Below are positions 11,402 to 24,868 of a DNA stretch of 64,000 nt, piece by piece; the stretch's first letter is position 1; each line of letters opens with the position of its first letter. Both the position numbers and the translations under genes were made by a program. The notes below the pieces were generated by a model, which worked only from the letters and a program-made list of their open reading frames with translations, did no database searches and was not told the DNA's origin. The DNA lies in contig MU058449.1 in assembly GCA_013265495.1 (NCBI GenBank), positions 186,001 through 250,000 of the forward strand, given 5' to 3'. The DNA is from Vicugna vicugna. Taxonomy: Eukaryota.

Positions 11402-12346
11402 ATGATTGTTCCAGTAAGCCCTAGCATGAATTCCTCCTCCTTCCTTCTCAGTGGATTTTCTGGTCTGGAACAACAATATCCCTGGATCTCCATTCCCTTC
11501 TCCACCATCTATGCTATGGTGCTTTTGGGGAATTGCATGGTGCTCTATGTAATCTGGACTGAGCTGAGCCTGCACCAACCCATGTTCTACTTTCTGGCCA
11601 TGCTGGCTGTCACTGACTTGTGCATGGGGCTGTCCACTGTGCACACAGTGCTAGGGATCCTGTGGGGAGTCATTCGAGAGATCAGTCTGGATTTCTGCAT
11701 TGCCCAGTCTTATTTCATCCATGGTCTTTCCTTCATGGAGTCCTCTGTTCTTCTTACTATGGCCTTTGACCGGTATGTTGCAATTTGCAATCCACTGCGT
11801 TATTCCTCCATCCTGACTAATTTCAGAATTATCAAAATTGGGCTCACCATATTAGGTAGGAGTTTCCTCTTTATTACACCCCCTATCATCCGTTTGAAAT
11901 GCTTCCATTACTGCCGTGCCCACATCCTCTCTCACTCATTCTGCCTACACCAGGACCTTCTCTGCCTAGCCTGCTCAGACATCCGATTCAATAGCTACTA
12001 TGCCCTCATGCTCGTCATTTGCACACTATTGTTGGATGCCGTTCTTATTCTCTTCTCCTATGTCCTGATTCTTAAGACAGTGCTGGCAATCGCCTCTCGG
12101 GAGGAGCGGCGTAAGACATTTCAGACCTGCATCTCCCACCTTTGTGCTGTCCTTGTGTTCTACATCCCTATCATTAGCCTAACAATGGTGCACCGTTTCG
12201 GCAAGCATCTGTCCCCAGTGGTTCATGTCCTTATGGGCAACATCTACATTCTTTTCCCACCTTTGATGAACCCCATCATCTACAGTGTCAAGACACAACA
12301 GACTTGTAGCAGAATGCTCAGACTCTTTTCTCTGAAAATATATTGA
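11402..12346 (+). CDS. OR51V1: Olfactory receptor family 51, OR51V1 orthologue (314 aa from first ATG)
   Basis: Intact 7TM ORF with NSS sequon, GN, LHQPMF, MAFDRYVAICNPLRY, SHSFCLH, TCISHL, HRFG, PPLMNPIIYSVKT. The EQQYPW and FNSYYALML segments match recalled OR51V1. The ORF-track start at 11306 is TTG, so the ATG at 11402 (or 11426) is used. Confidence 0.93.
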   Translation: MIVPVSPSMNSSSFLLSGFSGLEQQYPWISIPFSTIYAMVLLGNCMVLYVIWTELSLHQPMFYFLAMLAVTDLCMGLSTVHTVLGILWGVIREISLDFCIAQSYFIHGLSFMESSVLLTMAFDRYVAICNPLRYSSILTNFRIIKIGLTILGRSFLFITPPIIRLKCFHYCRAHILSHSFCLHQDLLCLACSDIRFNSYYALMLVICTLLLDAVLILFSYVLILKTVLAIASREERRKTFQTCISHLCAVLVFYIPIISLTMVHRFGKHLSPVVHVLMGNIYILFPPLMNPIIYSVKTQQTCSRMLRLFSLKIY

Positions 12347-13299
12347 GATATTTCGGTTTTCAAAAACAAAACAGCAACAACAAAAATAAACACAGAATAA
12401 TCAATACAAAAAATAACTTTGATTAGAATTAGAGCTTTACCTCTGAGCCCATAGTTCTTGATTTTAGAACACACTTTAAATGTAATCAGAGAGTCACCTA
12501 CAAATAAACCTCATTTTAACCTATGTCCTGGAAGTGGGTTGTTGTTAGGGATGGAGGTTGGAGATCGATCTGAAGCATTCCCTAAACACCCTACCAACTG
12601 TTGATTTGTATAAAACAAGACATATGTAGGTCATGTCATAAGCATGACCATAGTCAAGAAAGTATGAAACTAGTTAATGTGCCCAGAGTGTATTTTCAAG
12701 CACTGTCTCTGAAAATAAAGTACAATGAAGCTAGATTTGAAGAGTCGGTCTTTCAGTTTCAAAAGTGGGTAACTTGAAGCTACTTCAGTTCTCTGAGATC
12801 CAGTTAATTAATCTTCAAAATGAGGAAAATACCCAACTCACAGAAATATTGTGATGATTGATGGGCCAAATTTTCCAATAGAATTTTTCTAAAATGATAA
12901 AGATGTTCTATAATATAAAGTAATATGGACCATCATATTAAGGATATGTTTTTAGTAAAAATAATCTGCTGATAATAAATCCACAGGTGAATGCTCACTG
13001 TACACTTTACCTCCTAATTTTCCCAGGTCTATAAAAACTTTGTCATTGAATAGACTTGAAAGATTTAATATTAGTGTTTGGGATGCTGGCAGTATTCTCT
13101 TTCTTGGACAGGGTATTTGTTATAAGCTTTCATTATTTTTGTGGTATTTAATCTAGCTGTATCTTTATTTATGGACCTTTCTGTGCTTATGTTAATAATA
13201 AAAGACAAATTTAAGGAGTATGAAAGTGTCAGTTTACAGGCACACCTGGCAAGTGAATAAACGTTTTTATTTCTGTCACTTTCTATAATCAACTGAAAC

Positions 13300-14530
13300 T
13301 ACAGAAGTACACAGAGGCACTGTGAGAGAAAATAATAACAATGTATATGAAAACCAATTTTATAAATACAGAAATTTTAGATAGTATTCTTAAATGATGA
13401 AACAGGATAAATAAATCGGAAGTCTAGGTGCCTACAGAAGGAGATACAAATGAGAAGAAAACTATCTGCATAGGACAATCCTGGAAAAGCACCCATATTT
13501 CTTATAAAGTACTGGTGAGGGGTGGGGCTGAGAATGGTAGAAAAGGTGAACATCTGTGTAAGTTTTCCTAACTAAAGTATTCAGAAACTCACTCCTCTCT
13601 AATTCAAGCAAAATGATTGTTCTCTGTGGTAACTGATCAAATATGACCCAGATAGAGGGGCACAGAAGACAAAGAATGCCAGGAGTGAGGTATCATATAT
13701 AAAAGAGAGAGATTATGTAAAATAATACATGTTGAATGCTGAAGTCCATGGACACATTTCTCCCATTCATCTCCTAAAATGCTAACCAGACTGATATTCC
13801 ATAGTCAGGCAATTATAGAATTACTCTCTGTAAAAACTGTCTCAATACAAAAGAATAACAGATATTGGCATTTGACTATTACTCACTGAATTGGGTGGGC
13901 TCCTTCCTCATCTGCCTGACACATAACTAATTAGATAACAAATCCCACCATATTCATAGGAATCTCTAATAGGTCTTTGGTCCCTCACCATGAAATATGA
14001 ATGGACAGCCAAGGATTACCAGAAGTGTGATTAAACCCACCAGTACAAAAACCACATATCCAAAATAAATTTTAAACTAGAAAATTAACTGTATGGAGCA
14101 GAGTTTATTCAGAGTAGGCATTAAGATATGAAAAGAAAACAAGTCCATAATTTTCTTAATGAGATAATCAGTAATATTAGATCCTTGATATAAGAACAGA
14201 ATACTATTAATAGGAAACAATTAGAGAACAGAGAAGATTATTTGTAAATTGAACAACAATATGAAAGATGAAAGAAAAATCAATAGAAATCTTAGGAGAC
14301 AGAGTTAAGAAAGCAGAGCAAAAGTGATAAATACAGGGACTGGGAGAAAAAAACCACATAAGGGGTCAAACCAAGAACACCAGAATTTTACTAATAGGAG
14401 TTCTAGAAAGACAGAAAGGATAAAAATATAGGAAGAATTTATTAAGAAATTATACAAGACTTTTCCTAGAACAAATGATAAAAGAACACAAGTCCAAATT
14501 TAGAGTATCCACCAAGTACCCAGTTAAAAA
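13300..14530 (+). mobile_element. Very old L1 5'/ORF1-region remnant
   Basis: A-rich sense tract with L1 ORF1-like phrases (ctaataggagttctagaaagacagaaag, aagaaattatacaagac). Approximate. Confidence 0.4.
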
Positions 14531-14546
14531 ATAATATATATGTTAT

Positions 14547-14577
<31 letters not shown>

Positions 14578-14589
14578 ATATAATAGTAA

Positions 14590-15572
14590 GTTAAGAGAAT
14601 AGAAAGGTCAGCCACAGACTGGCAGGAACTATTTGCAAAATACATATCTGATAAAGGTCTTGTATCCAAATGCAAAGAACATTTAAAACTCAACAATTAG
14701 GAAATAACCAACTCAGTTAAAAAGTGGGCAAAAGATCTGAACAGACACTTCACCAAAGAAGATATATAAGTAGTAATAAACACATGAAAAGATGCTCAAA
14801 ATCATTTTTCATTAGGGAATTTCAAGCTAAAACAACAAGGAGATACCACTACACACCTATTACAATGGCTAAAATCCAAAACCCTGACAACGACTCTGGT
14901 GAAGATGTGGATCAACAGGAATGTCATTCATTGCTGGTGGAAATGCAAAATATTACAGCCACTCTGGTTGAAAGTTTTGCAGTTTCTTACAAAACTAAAC
15001 ATAGCTTTACCATGTAAAACAAACAACTGCACTCTTAGATGTTTTACCCAAATGAACTGAAACTTATATCCACACAGAGACATGTTTATAGTAGCTTTAT
15101 TTGTAATCACCAGAAATTGAAAGCAACTAAGATGACTGGATAAGCAAACTGTGGTACATCTATACACTGCAATGATATTTGATTAGAGAGAGAGAGAGGG
15201 CTATCAAGCTGTGAAAAGACATGAAAGAAACTTAAACACATTTTACTAAGTGACAGAAGCCATTCTGACTACATATTTATATGATTTCAACCACATAACA
15301 TTCTGGAGAGGCCAAACTATAGGAAAACTACAAAGATCAATGGTTGCAATAGTTTCAAGGAGAAGGAGGGAGGAATGGATAGGTGGAGCACAGGGGAATT
15401 TCAGGGCAGTAAAAGTGTTCTGTATAATACTGTAATGGTGAGTATATGACATTATGTATTTGTCAAAACCATGGAACAGTAAACAGAAAGAGTGAACCCT
15501 AATGCAAACTGTTTACTTTGGTTAATAACAAGATACTAATATTGATTCACCAGTTATTTAAAAAAAGAAAAA
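14590..15572 (+). mobile_element. L1 (L1MC/MD-like) ORF2 C-terminus plus 3'UTR
   Basis: The 14724-15017 translation has L1 ORF2 C-terminal text (NKHMKRCSKS, TTRRYHYTPITMAKIQ). It is followed by a typical 3'UTR (tatttgtcaaaacc...agagtgaaccctaatg) and an A-rich end. Confidence 0.85.
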
Positions 15573-16774
15573 GTTATTCTAGGCATATACTTTTCAATTT
15601 TAATACAAAATATGGGAGTAGAGAGAACACACTAATAGCTTCAAAAAGATGAGTGCATAAGTAAACAAACAGCTTGTATCTCCAGGATCAGAGAGCAGAA
15701 TGGCACTGCTAATTTCAACAGCAACACAGGGATCTAGAAGATAGCATGATTTCTCTTCTCAATTTTGAGGGAAGCTACTGGAGTCCTGGGAGATAATGGT
15801 AGTGATATATTTCTGAATATGTCTACACAGTTCCTCCTCTTTCCTCAACTCATAGAGATCAACAAGAAGGGTAAATTTAACCATTCATATTTTCATATAT
15901 AGAGAAATAGACAATTCCAAATTTTAGTGTCAGCTCCAGAATCCACACCAGAACAAAGACTGTGCAGGGAAGGAAGGTTGGGGAGTGGTAGCCTATAGTT
16001 AGTGAAACACTGATGATACCCCCAACCCCAAACTACATACACACCAAATTAAAAAAGAGAATCAACCCAATGCTGTAAAATAGTGAGAATAGGTTCAAGA
16101 CCCTTGGAATTACATATTCCCAACTGAGGAATTAAAAGGAATATTTGAAAGTGCATGGAAACAGGCTTAAAAGTAGTTTGGGAAAGTGTTAATTTTGCGG
16201 TAGGGAAAATGCTTGGAGGTGGAAGGAGTTATTTTGAGGCTTGGTAGTAAAGGAAAAAAGAAATCATGATTAAAGAACCAAAAGGAACATAACTGAATCA
16301 CACAAAAAAAGGATACGTCATCTCTATCCCAACCAAAATTAGCAGCAGGGAATTAAAAAACTGCCATTCGCTTCACTGATGGAAATGGGTGTCAGTTAGA
16401 ACAAAGAACGAGTAAGTCGTCTTACCCTTCTCGCCTGCATACAACTGTTATCAATATTCCAAGAAACATAAGACATTTCAAATGACAGTTTCTATAAAAA
16501 GTGGAAAGTGAAAGTAAAAATGTTTCTACTGATGAACACTCTACCTCCCACTACTGAAACACACACACACACACACATATGTCATAGAAAAACTACAATT
16601 TATCTTTCCAGCCTAAATAAACTATCTTTATGATTAATTTGTAGATTTGGGAATAAAATAATAAAATTAAAGACAGAACAGAAATGTATAAAAATGGATG
16701 ATATGATTTAAGAGTTGTTTGAAAATCAATATAAAAACTGAAGTACAAAATCATGTTAGAAATAATGATTACAT

Positions 16775-17320
16775 TATTATTGTTATCTATTGTGTAACAA
16801 ATCACCCCAAGATTTAGTATCTTAATGGTTTATTTTTTCCCACAATTGTGTGGGTCAACAGTTTACATAAGATTGATTACATGGTTCTGCTTCACGAGGA
16901 ATCAGCTGTGGTCACTCAACAGGCAGCATTCAGTTAGGAAATGGGCCGAGATGGAAGGGCCACAGACGTCACTCACGTGCCTGGTGCCTCAGTGCCCCTC
17001 CACATAGTCATATCCCCTCCATAAGGAAAATTTAACTTCCTCGTAGTATGGTGATCTTAGTATTTCTCACATTGGTGGCTGACTTTGAATTAGAAACAAT
17101 GTAGAAGTTGCCAGTCTTCTTATTACTTTGGTTCAGGAACCCAAGAACATTAGCATCATTCCTGCCACATTCCACTAAATAATGGTAGAAACAACTCTCT
17201 TGAATCCCAGATTTAAGGGGCAGTGGGAATAAGTTTCACTTCTGATGACCACAGTGGCACACACATACAAAGAAGGAGACAAGTGATTACAGTTCTCTTC
17301 TCAGATTACCTTCCATGTTG
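16775..17320. mobile_element. MaLR LTR (MLT1 family)
   Basis: The sequence ttatctattgtgtaacaaatcaccccaagatttagt...ctgccacattcca...cccagatttaagggg matches recalled MLT1 architecture. Confidence 0.65.
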
Positions 17321-18039
17321 TCCAAAAGAGAATAGTGGAGATAGTAGATATAATGAAGGCAAAATTGTTTAATACATACATAAATGGATTTTCTGGGAAA
17401 TAAAAGGATCAAAGCCAAATAATAAAACAAAGATAAAATTAGTATTTTAAAGACATTTTAAGAGCTATTTCTGGAAACAAAAAGAGAACTTTCATCTTTA
17501 CATTGAAAGAGCTTATCTTAAACCTTAGGCAAACAACCCAGAAAATTCTAATGCATTGAGAGAAAAGTTACTGGAACTGAGAAACTTACAAAAAAAAAAA
17601 AAAAAAGCTCAACAGAAAATAAAAACCCACCTTGCCTTTCATCAGGCTAGAATAAAAATTATAGCTACAGTCAGCTGCAAAATTAACAGGAAACTACATT
17701 TCTCCTAAGGACAAGCTGTAACTGTAATGCATCTTAATAATCCTCTTCTTTGGGTAACTACTGATTTGGTACTCACTGAGATACTTTGTTCTTTAAAATC
17801 ATATACGACATCAGAAATGCTGCTCTTTAAAATTACATCAGTAAGAATGAAACATTCCACCTTGGCTAGAAGATAGATGTCACTTTGGAACAGAGAAGTA
17901 GCCTTGGTATACAATTCAGGTGCAGAACTTCAAAAAAGAGATACCCAAACATAACTTTCCAGAATGCATTTTGCAGCTTAGACTTGATGTTGCCCCTTTA
18001 AACATCCTTGCTTTGCTTTGAGCTTATCAAAATATGGCT

Positions 18040-18285
18040 TTATTTGATGAGTTTGGACATATGCATACACCCATGATATCATCACCACAATCAAGGTAAT
18101 AAACCTATCTGCCACCTCCAAAAGTTTTCTTGTGTCCTTTTGTTTGCTTGTTTGTTTGTTGTGGTAAGTACAGTTAACATGAGGTTTACCCTGTTAGGCA
18201 TAAAACACCATACTGTAAAATTGCATATATTAAATATGTGCAGTTTTTGTGTTTCAATTATACCTCAATAAAGTTGTAAAAAACC
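18040..18285. mobile_element. Two abutting short L1 3'UTR fragments (antisense then sense)
   Basis: atcaccacaatcaaggtaataaac (antisense L1MA/MB-like) is followed by tcaattatacctcaataaagttgtaaaaaa (sense 3' end). Confidence 0.55.
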
Positions 18286-19883
18286 CATGGATTTATTTAA
18301 ATTTTAGCTAAATCTCATCCTTCTCCTGAATCTTATAATAACTTTATTATTTCCTTTGATTGGGAAAATGTCCTCTGGTTCTTCTGGTATGTTCTCTTCC
18401 TCTTCAAAGAATCAATAAACCTCATGTCAGATGACAGTTTGCTTCTGGTGTCTTTATACAACTTTGTATGTCACATTGAGTCATGTTCTATTCAGTCTTT
18501 AAGTTTTAGATATTTATTTCTACTAAATAACATACCAAATATTCCCTATGACATGAACACTACTATAAATTTGAAAAAACTATTAACCAAATATATTTTA
18601 TATACTGTATTACTAACTGCATTTTCTTTAACTGTACTCATCATTCACCACCTATTACTCTGTCAATCTATCTTATTTTGTTATTGAAAAACATCCACCC
18701 ATTTATTTCATTTTATCTTTCTCCCCTGATAACTATTCCTCAATTAAATCTGAATGCTCAGGAAAAGACAAATAGTGAATAAAGTATGGCACATCCATCT
18801 ACTTAGTATTAAGCAGTTGTTACAAACAATGAAATAGACCAATATTGATTGAATTGGGCATTGTCTATGATTTCTTAAGTGCTAAATAATAAAATAAGAT
18901 GTTAAATAAAGCATTAGTATCTTCCTATTGGGCTAACACATACTTAGATAAAGATTTCATGTCTCTGAGCATAAAGAAATGAATAAAATGATTCATCCCA
19001 CCCTGACCACATTTGGATAGCATAAGAAAGAAGGAAGGAAGATTATTAATGTTTGGTGTATGCATCTTAAGTTTTACTTGTTATAATGGGCATGCATCAC
19101 TCTTGTAATTTAGCAAAATCCAATAAAATACATTAAATTTTTAAAAGACAAAAGAAGGGATTGACATTTGTTCCTTTTAATATAAGAGATTGCACTGGCC
19201 TTTATGCAAGTTTGTCTACATACAAAACAGATGTTATGATATATCAGAAAAAGTATAAACCCCCTTAAGCCTTAAGGAAGATCCTTGTATATTCTTCCTC
19301 AAGACAAGTCATTAATAACCTTACATTAGCAAATCTAAGAGATACTATATTAGTGATTCTTCCCAGATAAATATCCTCACCGAAGTGGTTTACCAGATAC
19401 AAGTGGAGAGAATAGTTGCTGTTGCTAAAGCTATTCTTCAGTGCGGCAGAACAGATTACTTTGGGAAAAGTTCAAGGCTTCAGAGATCCTGCTCTCAATC
19501 ACTGAGAAACTCTACATCCTACTAATGAAAATAAGTAGTTCTGCTCTTTTTTCTGATACCAACTTCCAACTGTGTTATTTGAAGAACAAGGAGAAAACAG
19601 GAGTCCAATTATGTCTAATTAGCTGTCCAACACAAGGACTATCTGGGATGCCTTCCTAATCCTTCCCTATTTAGGTTTTATAGTAAAATGAAGGCTTCAT
19701 GGACATTCTCTCTCTCACTTTTTGGCTAAGGAACTAGCATTCAGGACTCTATCTTGCCTATAAAACAGCTATCCAGGGACAGTTTTGATAATCTTAACTG
19801 TTAAAGCAGATTTAGAGCTAAAATCCCAACCAGTTTAACATCCTCAATGTACAGAAAACAAAGCTTAGGCTCAAGAAATTTCT

Positions 19884-20302
19884 TTGTTTTTCTCTCTCTT
19901 TTTTAATTGAAGTATAGTCAATTGACAATGTTGTGTTAGTCTCTAGTGTACAGCATGGGATTCAGTTATATACACGTATGCACACATACATATATACATA
20001 TATACTTTTTCATTATAGGTTACTACAAGATATTGAATATAATTCCCCAAGCTATACAGTAGGACCTCATTGTTTATCTATTTTATATATAGTAGTTAGC
20101 ATCTGCAAATGCCAAACTCCTAATTTTCCCTCCCCTCCTTTCCCCACTGGCAGCCATAAGTTTGCCCTCTATATCTATAAGTCGGTTTCTGTTTTGTAAA
20201 TAAGTTCATTTGTGTCTTTTTTATAAGATTCCATATATAAGTGATATCACATGGTATTTGTCTTTCTCCTTCTGGCCTACTTCACTTAGTATGACAATTT
20301 CT
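19884..20302 (-). mobile_element. 5'-truncated younger L1 3' end with perfect 10-bp TSD
   Basis: Antisense L1 3'UTR (ttttaattgaagtatagt...ttcacttagtatgacaat) flanked by AGAAATTTCT at 19874-19883 and 20303-20312. Confidence 0.88.
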
Positions 20303-23086
20303 AGAAATTTCTACCACTGTCTTAGTTAGAGAGCCACATTCGCTTTTCCATTTTCTTGAAATCCACAGAGCTTTGACACCTGAAGCTTTCAGCTGCACAA
20401 CCTGACCTAAAGCAATGGCAAAATCTAAGATGAACTGATGTGAGGATATTTATCACCTTTATTTATCCTGCATAGTTAAATATTCATATGCTCTTTGAAA
20501 TAATATCAATCTATTTGATTAAGATGTCATCAAGGCCCCAATGATACTGTTATCTAATATACAGAGTTTGACCATGTAACTTTTCTAAAATCTGGAAAAT
20601 TCTTTCCTAAAACATGTGGCTCCAGGATTTCAGATAATGGACTATAGACATCTGTAAGAGAAAGTGCATTGAAGGTCCAGATAATGATGAATTCACCTCT
20701 GCAGGGTATTACTGGAGATGGGTTTTAAACTAGTAACAGTTCACTACCCTCTTGTGTTTTATATGTATCTGAAATTATTATCTGCTAAAACTTTTTTTTT
20801 AATCAAAGGAGGAAAGTATGACTATTTCAAGGAGAAAATATGTATCTGAAATCATAATTTACCCAAATCTTTTGATTAAAAAAAATGCATGGCCCTTCAA
20901 GTAAATGAGGAAGCTAGAGCTGTAGAGTTTCAAAATTTGAAAATATCAGAGTAAGTTATTAGTACAGTCTACAGCCTCCAACTATGGATCCTATTCTTTG
21001 TTTTCTAGTCACCACCATACACTTGGATACAGACGCCAGTTCTTCTATTGTCACCTAATTCGTCACTGTTCTTCCTCAATCTCTTCTCTTTTAATACACT
21101 TTGGTCCCCTAAATTTGTTGTCCAAGGACAAGTGGAGAGAAATCAGTACTGTTCCTTTTTTATATCCAAAAGTGCAAGGAGGAACTATACAATTAGCCAT
21201 CATTTATGTTTTCAAGAACTTTGGATGGAAAATATTTGAAAATGAAGGGAACATTTGTCTCTTTCCAAATAGTACTCACACCTGTGTAATAAGATACAAC
21301 TTCTCTCAGCCAGCGAGCATAAAACATCTAAGTAACTGATTGGGGGACTGGGGCACTTGCTTAGCACTAATCATCCAATCGTGGTCAGTTGATGGTCAGT
21401 CATTATATTTACAGGAAAGTCCCACTAATACAGATTAAAAAGATTTCCAGGATGTTCTTGCTAAATATCAGCAAACCAGGGATATCTGGAAAGCCCCACT
21501 TGAAAGAAGTTTACTTAAAACATCTTCCTCCACAAATACCTTTCAAGTGATGGAGTCAGTTTTGAATTTCATTATTGTAAAGGAATTTATCTTTACCTCT
21601 TCTTTCCTCCATCTGGATCCCTCATTAAAGTGTCCTTCAAAGAATCAAAGGGATCTTTACAGTAGCTTATGATATTTCTGGATCCCTGTGGTGCTGACTA
21701 ATTCTAATCTGTAAACAATGGAAGAGAGGGAAAGCCAAGGAGACTTAAAATTTCAAGGTAACTAAGATGAGAGCATCAGTTTCAGGTGCCTTCTAAGTAT
21801 GGTACAGTTCTTCTTCTATATGTGGCACTGGCAACTTGAATTTGCAGATGCCTCTATGGAAACAAGTTATCATGCAGCAGCACGGGCCTCTGACATGAAA
21901 AGGAAACTTGGATATTTATCTGAAAGTATGTGTTAACTAGGGTGTCCAGGAGTGCTAGCCAGAGGAAAAACTACGCAAATTGTAGGGGAGGAGAAAATAG
22001 GAGTGCTTCTCCCTAAGGACCATGTACCAGAACCAGCCCCAGGTGATCTCTTTCCACAAAAGGAGTGAAATTCAATCCTCAGGGTCTGAATATCTTAGGT
22101 CTGAGTGATGCCTAGGAGATATAAATAGATAGTTCCAGATTTCCTGTTTGTATTTGGGGCATCTCTTTGTTTTCATTTTTTAATTTACTCAACTAGTTAA
22201 ACATCTTCAGGATTCTAGACAATATAGGTAAGTAAACTGAGTAATGCTTAGTGAAAACATATAGAAAAGGACACCAGAAAAACAGTCAGGAAACCGCAGG
22301 AGATGCTCATTCTTCCTAGAACTTAACCATTTTGCATTTCCTTCAACCCTGACCTATGAAGTATTGGACATGGATTTTACTGGATGTGACCTACAATTGT
22401 AGAATCTCTGTGCTCTTCTATTAAATGAGTCCTCTGCAAAGAGCATAAATAATTCTTTTCTTTTAGAATGTGTTTATGCTATAGTCATTTTTCTTCTGAT
22501 GTGAAGATCTGACTGTTGTGCTTAGATGTGTCAAACTTAAACTTATATTCCAGTAGTTAAAAACAAGACTCAGTAGTTAAGCAAGTTTAGTAAAGATAAT
22601 GTGTATATGTACATATACACAAATATATGCATTAATTTTTCTGTAAATGTCCTCATTTCACCTGTTGTTGGGCTAGAATTATATCTGATTTGTGATAAAC
22701 CATCCTACAATACTAACTTCAGAATTGCTTGTAGATTTAATTGATGTTTATTTGGAAGTATTTTATGAATGAAAACCAAACTTCAAATTAAGTAACTTTT
22801 TAATAACCATGTAGTCAGAATAAGACTTAACCAGTATTTAAATCTAATTCCAGATGGCCCTAGAACCACGCTGTTTCTACTAACCACATGCTGCCTGTGT
22901 GCATATATTCATGATTCAGTCAGACTATGCCATCAGTAATATTACAGAATAATGCTAAAAGGCATTCCAGTCCTACAAATTAGGTAACCGCAGGTGATAA
23001 GGCTACAGTTAAAACAGAGCCAAATAAAATGAAACAGATCATTAGTGTCCCAAAAGATCATCAGTACAATTAAAACAAAACCTGCA

Positions 23087-23193
23087 TATATATGTGTATA
23101 TGTATGACTGAAACACTATGTTGTACACCAGAAATTGACATATCGTAAACTGACTATACTTCAGTTTAAAAAACCAACCAAACAGCAAAAAAG
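23087..23193 (+). mobile_element. Minimal L1 3' stub with 10-bp TSD
   Basis: tgactgaaacactatgttgtacaccagaaattgac...actatacttca plus an A-rich tail, flanked by AAAACCTGCA at 23077-23086 and 23194-23203. Confidence 0.85.
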
Positions 23194-23907
23194 AAAACCT
23201 GCAAATTTTGTTCCCCTTCCTTCGTTCCCATCTTCATTTCTAAGTTTCTATTGCTTAGACTCTTCTCTTCCCCACCCCTAATGTCCTAACGAAGCCCGCC
23301 TCACTATAAGCCCCTCCTCATGACTACACTTCACTCACATATGTGGCTCTGGCAAAGATCTGTGCCAGGCATGCTCCAAAATTAATCTTTCCTCTCACTC
23401 TCTGAAACCTAAAAATCCTATTTAAAAGAAATTTCAAACAATTAATTTATATGTTAAATGGTTAAAACAATTGGTTTATACATTGAAAGTGGATCCAGAG
23501 GCTTAAGCATCTCAACATTTTATTATAGTATTTTGAAAGAATCACAAACCAATTAAGGAAAGGCTTAATGGGCTATTTGAGTACTATATGGTCTAAACTG
23601 TAACTCCCAAAAAGGTGTTCTTAACATTTCAATCATATAAAAGCAGGGAATAGGATAATGAATACTTCATAAAAAATAAAAGTAAATGGAATAAAATTAT
23701 ACTGTACAATGATTAGCATCCTGAACTGCAGCAGAGTCAAGGGGTGAAGAGACAATTGTTTCTAAAGGCCCAGATACCATCTCAGAAAATAAGAAACTTA
23801 ACTAGATTTATTTGAGGATAGGGACTGGGGGAGGAAGGGAGCCACTTGTCATTCACTTATTTTATATCTATGTCTCTTGCTATACTTGCTATATATTTTT
23901 TATTTGT

Positions 23908-23910
<3 letters not shown>

Positions 23911-23938
<28 letters not shown>
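23911..23938. repeat. (CA)14 microsatellite
   Basis: Directly visible. Confidence 0.95.
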
Positions 23939-24429
23939 GCCTAATTCTAATGTTATATCTTCTAGCCTGCTTTTTCACCCAGCATCCTCTTTGCTTCTAT
24001 CCACATTCCTTTGGAACTAAAGAAAAATTGTAATCAATAAATAATCATCCCTCCCTTTTCTGAAGAACTATGGGTGCCTGATTTATAATGTGAAAACATT
24101 TATTTTTTTTTTTGCTGCTGTGGTGATACCTTGAAATATAAAGTATACAGCCTAATCTTCAATCAGTGGTTGAAGTAGGATAGAATATTTTTCACTTCGC
24201 CATATGCTTGGCATATCCATTTAAGAATCCAACTCAGTTTGGCATTGCACGTGGTTTAGGTTTTTGATGCTCATTCTACAACTTTAAGGAATGTATTGAT
24301 GAACAGACAGGGATTGATTTAATTCACCTGTGTATCTTCAATGCCCAGCATGGGACATTTGTCTATTTTACACTGAGATATGATCAATGAAAAATATGAT
24401 GGCATAGTTTTGTACCTAGTTTTATTTTT

Positions 24430-24675
24430 ATAGGCAGTGTTGAATGATAGTCAAGATCAGAGCTTTCAAGTTTATCCTATCTGATGTTGAATCCCATAGG
24501 AACTAGGGCAAGAGGTTAAAAGTCTGGAAATTAACTTTTTTCTATAGGGATAAGAACAGTATCCATGTCATGGGATATTGTAAAGGTCTTCTCAATGGGC
24601 TACTGTGAGGATTTCATAAGTTAATACATATAAAGCACTATGACACATATTACACATTTATTAAATGTTATTATT
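24430..24675 (+). mobile_element. MIR SINE, decayed
   Basis: MIR-like core and tail (ctagggcaag...gggataagaacagta...tgtgaggatttcataagttaatacatataaagcac). Confidence 0.55.
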
Positions 24676-24868
24676 TTTCAAGATACAAGATTTAATCCTT
24701 CCTTGGAAAGAGTCAGAGTTCAATTTTAGGTTAATCTATCTCACTGTCGTTTCAGAGAAAACATATTGGGAAAAAAATCGGACCCGACGTCATTCAGCCT
24801 AAGGCAAATCCTCAGTCATCCCTCTGGTCCTTCATTAAAAGCCCCAGGTTTGGAGTAAGTGGTCACAG

